This document shows, piece after piece, positions 62,593 to 64,000 of a stretch of DNA of 64,000 nt. Location of the stretch: positions 30,176 through 94,175 of the forward strand of contig MPDB01000008.1 of assembly GCA_001874155.1 (NCBI GenBank), written 5' to 3'. Source of the DNA: Vibrio sp. MedPE-SWchi. GTDB lineage: Bacteria > Pseudomonadota > Gammaproteobacteria > Enterobacterales > Vibrionaceae. Made by a program: the position numbers and the translations under genes. Every line of letters begins with the position of its first letter. Position 1 is the stretch's first letter. Below the pieces are notes generated by a model that was not told the origin of the DNA, searched no databases, and saw only the letters and a program-made list of their open reading frames with translations.

Positions 62593-63975
62593 TTAGGCTA
62601 CCTCTATATACCCCATCAGACCCGTTTTCATATGTTCTATTACATGGCAGTGGTACATCCACCTTCCTGGGTTATCAGCGACAAATGCGGCTTTAGCCGA
62701 ACCATTTTTTCCTAGTAACACGGTGTCGGTATGGAAAGGTTCTTTCAAGGGTTTTCCATCCATCTCTAATACGGTAAAGGTGTGACCATGGAGATGAATG
62801 GGATGATGGTACTGTGTGACATTTTTCAGGTTAAATATATAGGTCTTACCCAACTCTAGACTAGCTAGCGGCGCTGGAATGTTGTCTTTACTCATGCCTT
62901 CCCATGAGCGTTTGTTCATTAGCCAAAACTTGGGAACGGCTTTGCCTGATGCACTCGCGGGAGTTATCGCCCCTTCCCACTCGAATACAAAATTAAGTAC
63001 CTCTGCATTTTCTAGATCAAGATTCGGTACTGGGTTAAGAGGCAGTATAGGCAGAGTCTTTGCTGAAAGCTGTTTAGAGGGAGTAGTTGTAAACTGGCAT
63101 AACTTGAAAGGAAACTTACCTTTCATTTGCAGGATCTCAATCTGACTTCCAGCCTCTGGCGCTATAAACGCGAGATCTACTCTCATTCCAGGACCTATTT
63201 TGTGCTGTTCTAGTACACGAGGCGTTACTATCGGATTACCATCAATCGCGACAATCCAGGCCTCGACGCCCGATATTGCGATTGGATACGTAATCGTATT
63301 ATCCACATTCGCGATTCTAAGGCGTGTCGTAGCACCCTCTTTGAGCGTGTATTCTGGATGGTGGCGTCCATTTACTGTACTCCACTCTCCTGGCGTCCCC
63401 ATTCGAGCGCTATAACGCGGAATCATGAGATCCTTCCATTGACCCATCTTATCAAGATGCCAATGCTTCAGGACCAGTTCACGCTCTTCAGCAAAGATAA
63501 CAGGCTCTGATTCTTCAACAATTATTGCACCAACCAATCCCATCCCTAGCTGAACCACACTATTTACGTGTGGGTGATACCAAAACGTACCAGCATCGGG
63601 TGGTGTAAATTGATAGATAAAGGTTTCCCCAGGCATGATAGGAGGCTGACTAAGAAAAGGAACACCATCCATCTCAATTGGTATTCTAAGGCCATGCCAA
63701 TGGATGGTGGTTGGTTCATTTAAGTTATTGGTGAACCGAATTGTCACTGGCTTGCCTTGCCTACACCGAATGGTAGGTGCAGGGATCTGCCCGTTGAAAC
63801 CAAGAACATCCGTTTGATAACCTGGGACAATTTCAGCGGTAGATGGCTGCGCCGTTAAATCGTAAACATAGTTACATTCACCATCGACAGATTGCTTAAC
63901 AGAACAAGCCGGCAACAACGAAGTAGTAGCAACAGCGAGTGAGGTTTGTATAAAACGACGACGAGAGATATCCAT
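62593..63975 (-). CDS. Multicopper oxidase with Tat signal, probable lipoprotein
   Basis: SRRRFI; LLPAC lipobox-like; Cu ligands HWHG, WYHPH, HPIHLHGH, HCHVIEH..GLM. Confidence 0.93.
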   Translation of the reverse strand: MDISRRRFIQTSLAVATTSLLPACSVKQSVDGECNYVYDLTAQPSTAEIVPGYQTDVLGFNGQIPAPTIRCRQGKPVTIRFTNNLNEPTTIHWHGLRIPIEMDGVPFLSQPPIMPGETFIYQFTPPDAGTFWYHPHVNSVVQLGMGLVGAIIVEESEPVIFAEERELVLKHWHLDKMGQWKDLMIPRYSARMGTPGEWSTVNGRHHPEYTLKEGATTRLRIANVDNTITYPIAISGVEAWIVAIDGNPIVTPRVLEQHKIGPGMRVDLAFIAPEAGSQIEILQMKGKFPFKLCQFTTTPSKQLSAKTLPILPLNPVPNLDLENAEVLNFVFEWEGAITPASASGKAVPKFWLMNKRSWEGMSKDNIPAPLASLELGKTYIFNLKNVTQYHHPIHLHGHTFTVLEMDGKPLKEPFHTDTVLLGKNGSAKAAFVADNPGRWMYHCHVIEHMKTGLMGYIEVA

Positions 63976-64000
63976 ATTAAAGACCGATAGAAATAATTGC

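Noticed and set aside
63299-63307. Perfect DnaA box inside the multicopper oxidase gene
   Set aside because: An isolated 9-mer in coding sequence, compatible with chance

Overview
This is a mostly core-genome segment of a Vibrio large chromosome (chromosome I), close to the replication origin, as indicated by clustered parS1 sites. Left to right it carries: a partial MCP, a REC-domain protein and a membrane-anchored coiled-coil protein; a SPOR protein; a Dpp/Opp-type peptide ABC operon; a tRNA operon (Arg-His-Pro-His-Pro); cytochrome c5 and rep; a TetR-RND efflux operon (VexRAB-like); ubiK; ilvC/ilvY; hemN-DUF2489-yihI-methyltransferase; a Csr-family sRNA; cytochrome c4 and yihA; a ~60-nt sRNA, Spot 42, polA and RyhB; hemB, tatD and tatABC; ubiEJB and rmuC with a LexA box; an HDOD / PAS-GGDEF-EAL / orphan block; uspB, ftnA, uspA, rsmJ, asnC and tsrA; MFS/LysR; aminopeptidase P; thiCEFSGH with a TPP riboswitch; crcB; and a Tat-exported multicopper oxidase. 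I see no integrase, transposase, prophage, CRISPR array or defence island, and I cannot claim a clearly new multi-gene system. The best leads are: (i) two tandem ~100-bp hairpins with compensatory base changes abutting the ilvC stop codon; (ii) an orphan chemosensory-like trio at the left end; (iii) a fourth parS1-like site hidden in ubiB; and (iv) the HDOD/c-di-GMP block with DnaA-box-like sites. All gene calls come from recognising motifs and recalled synteny; no database searches were run.
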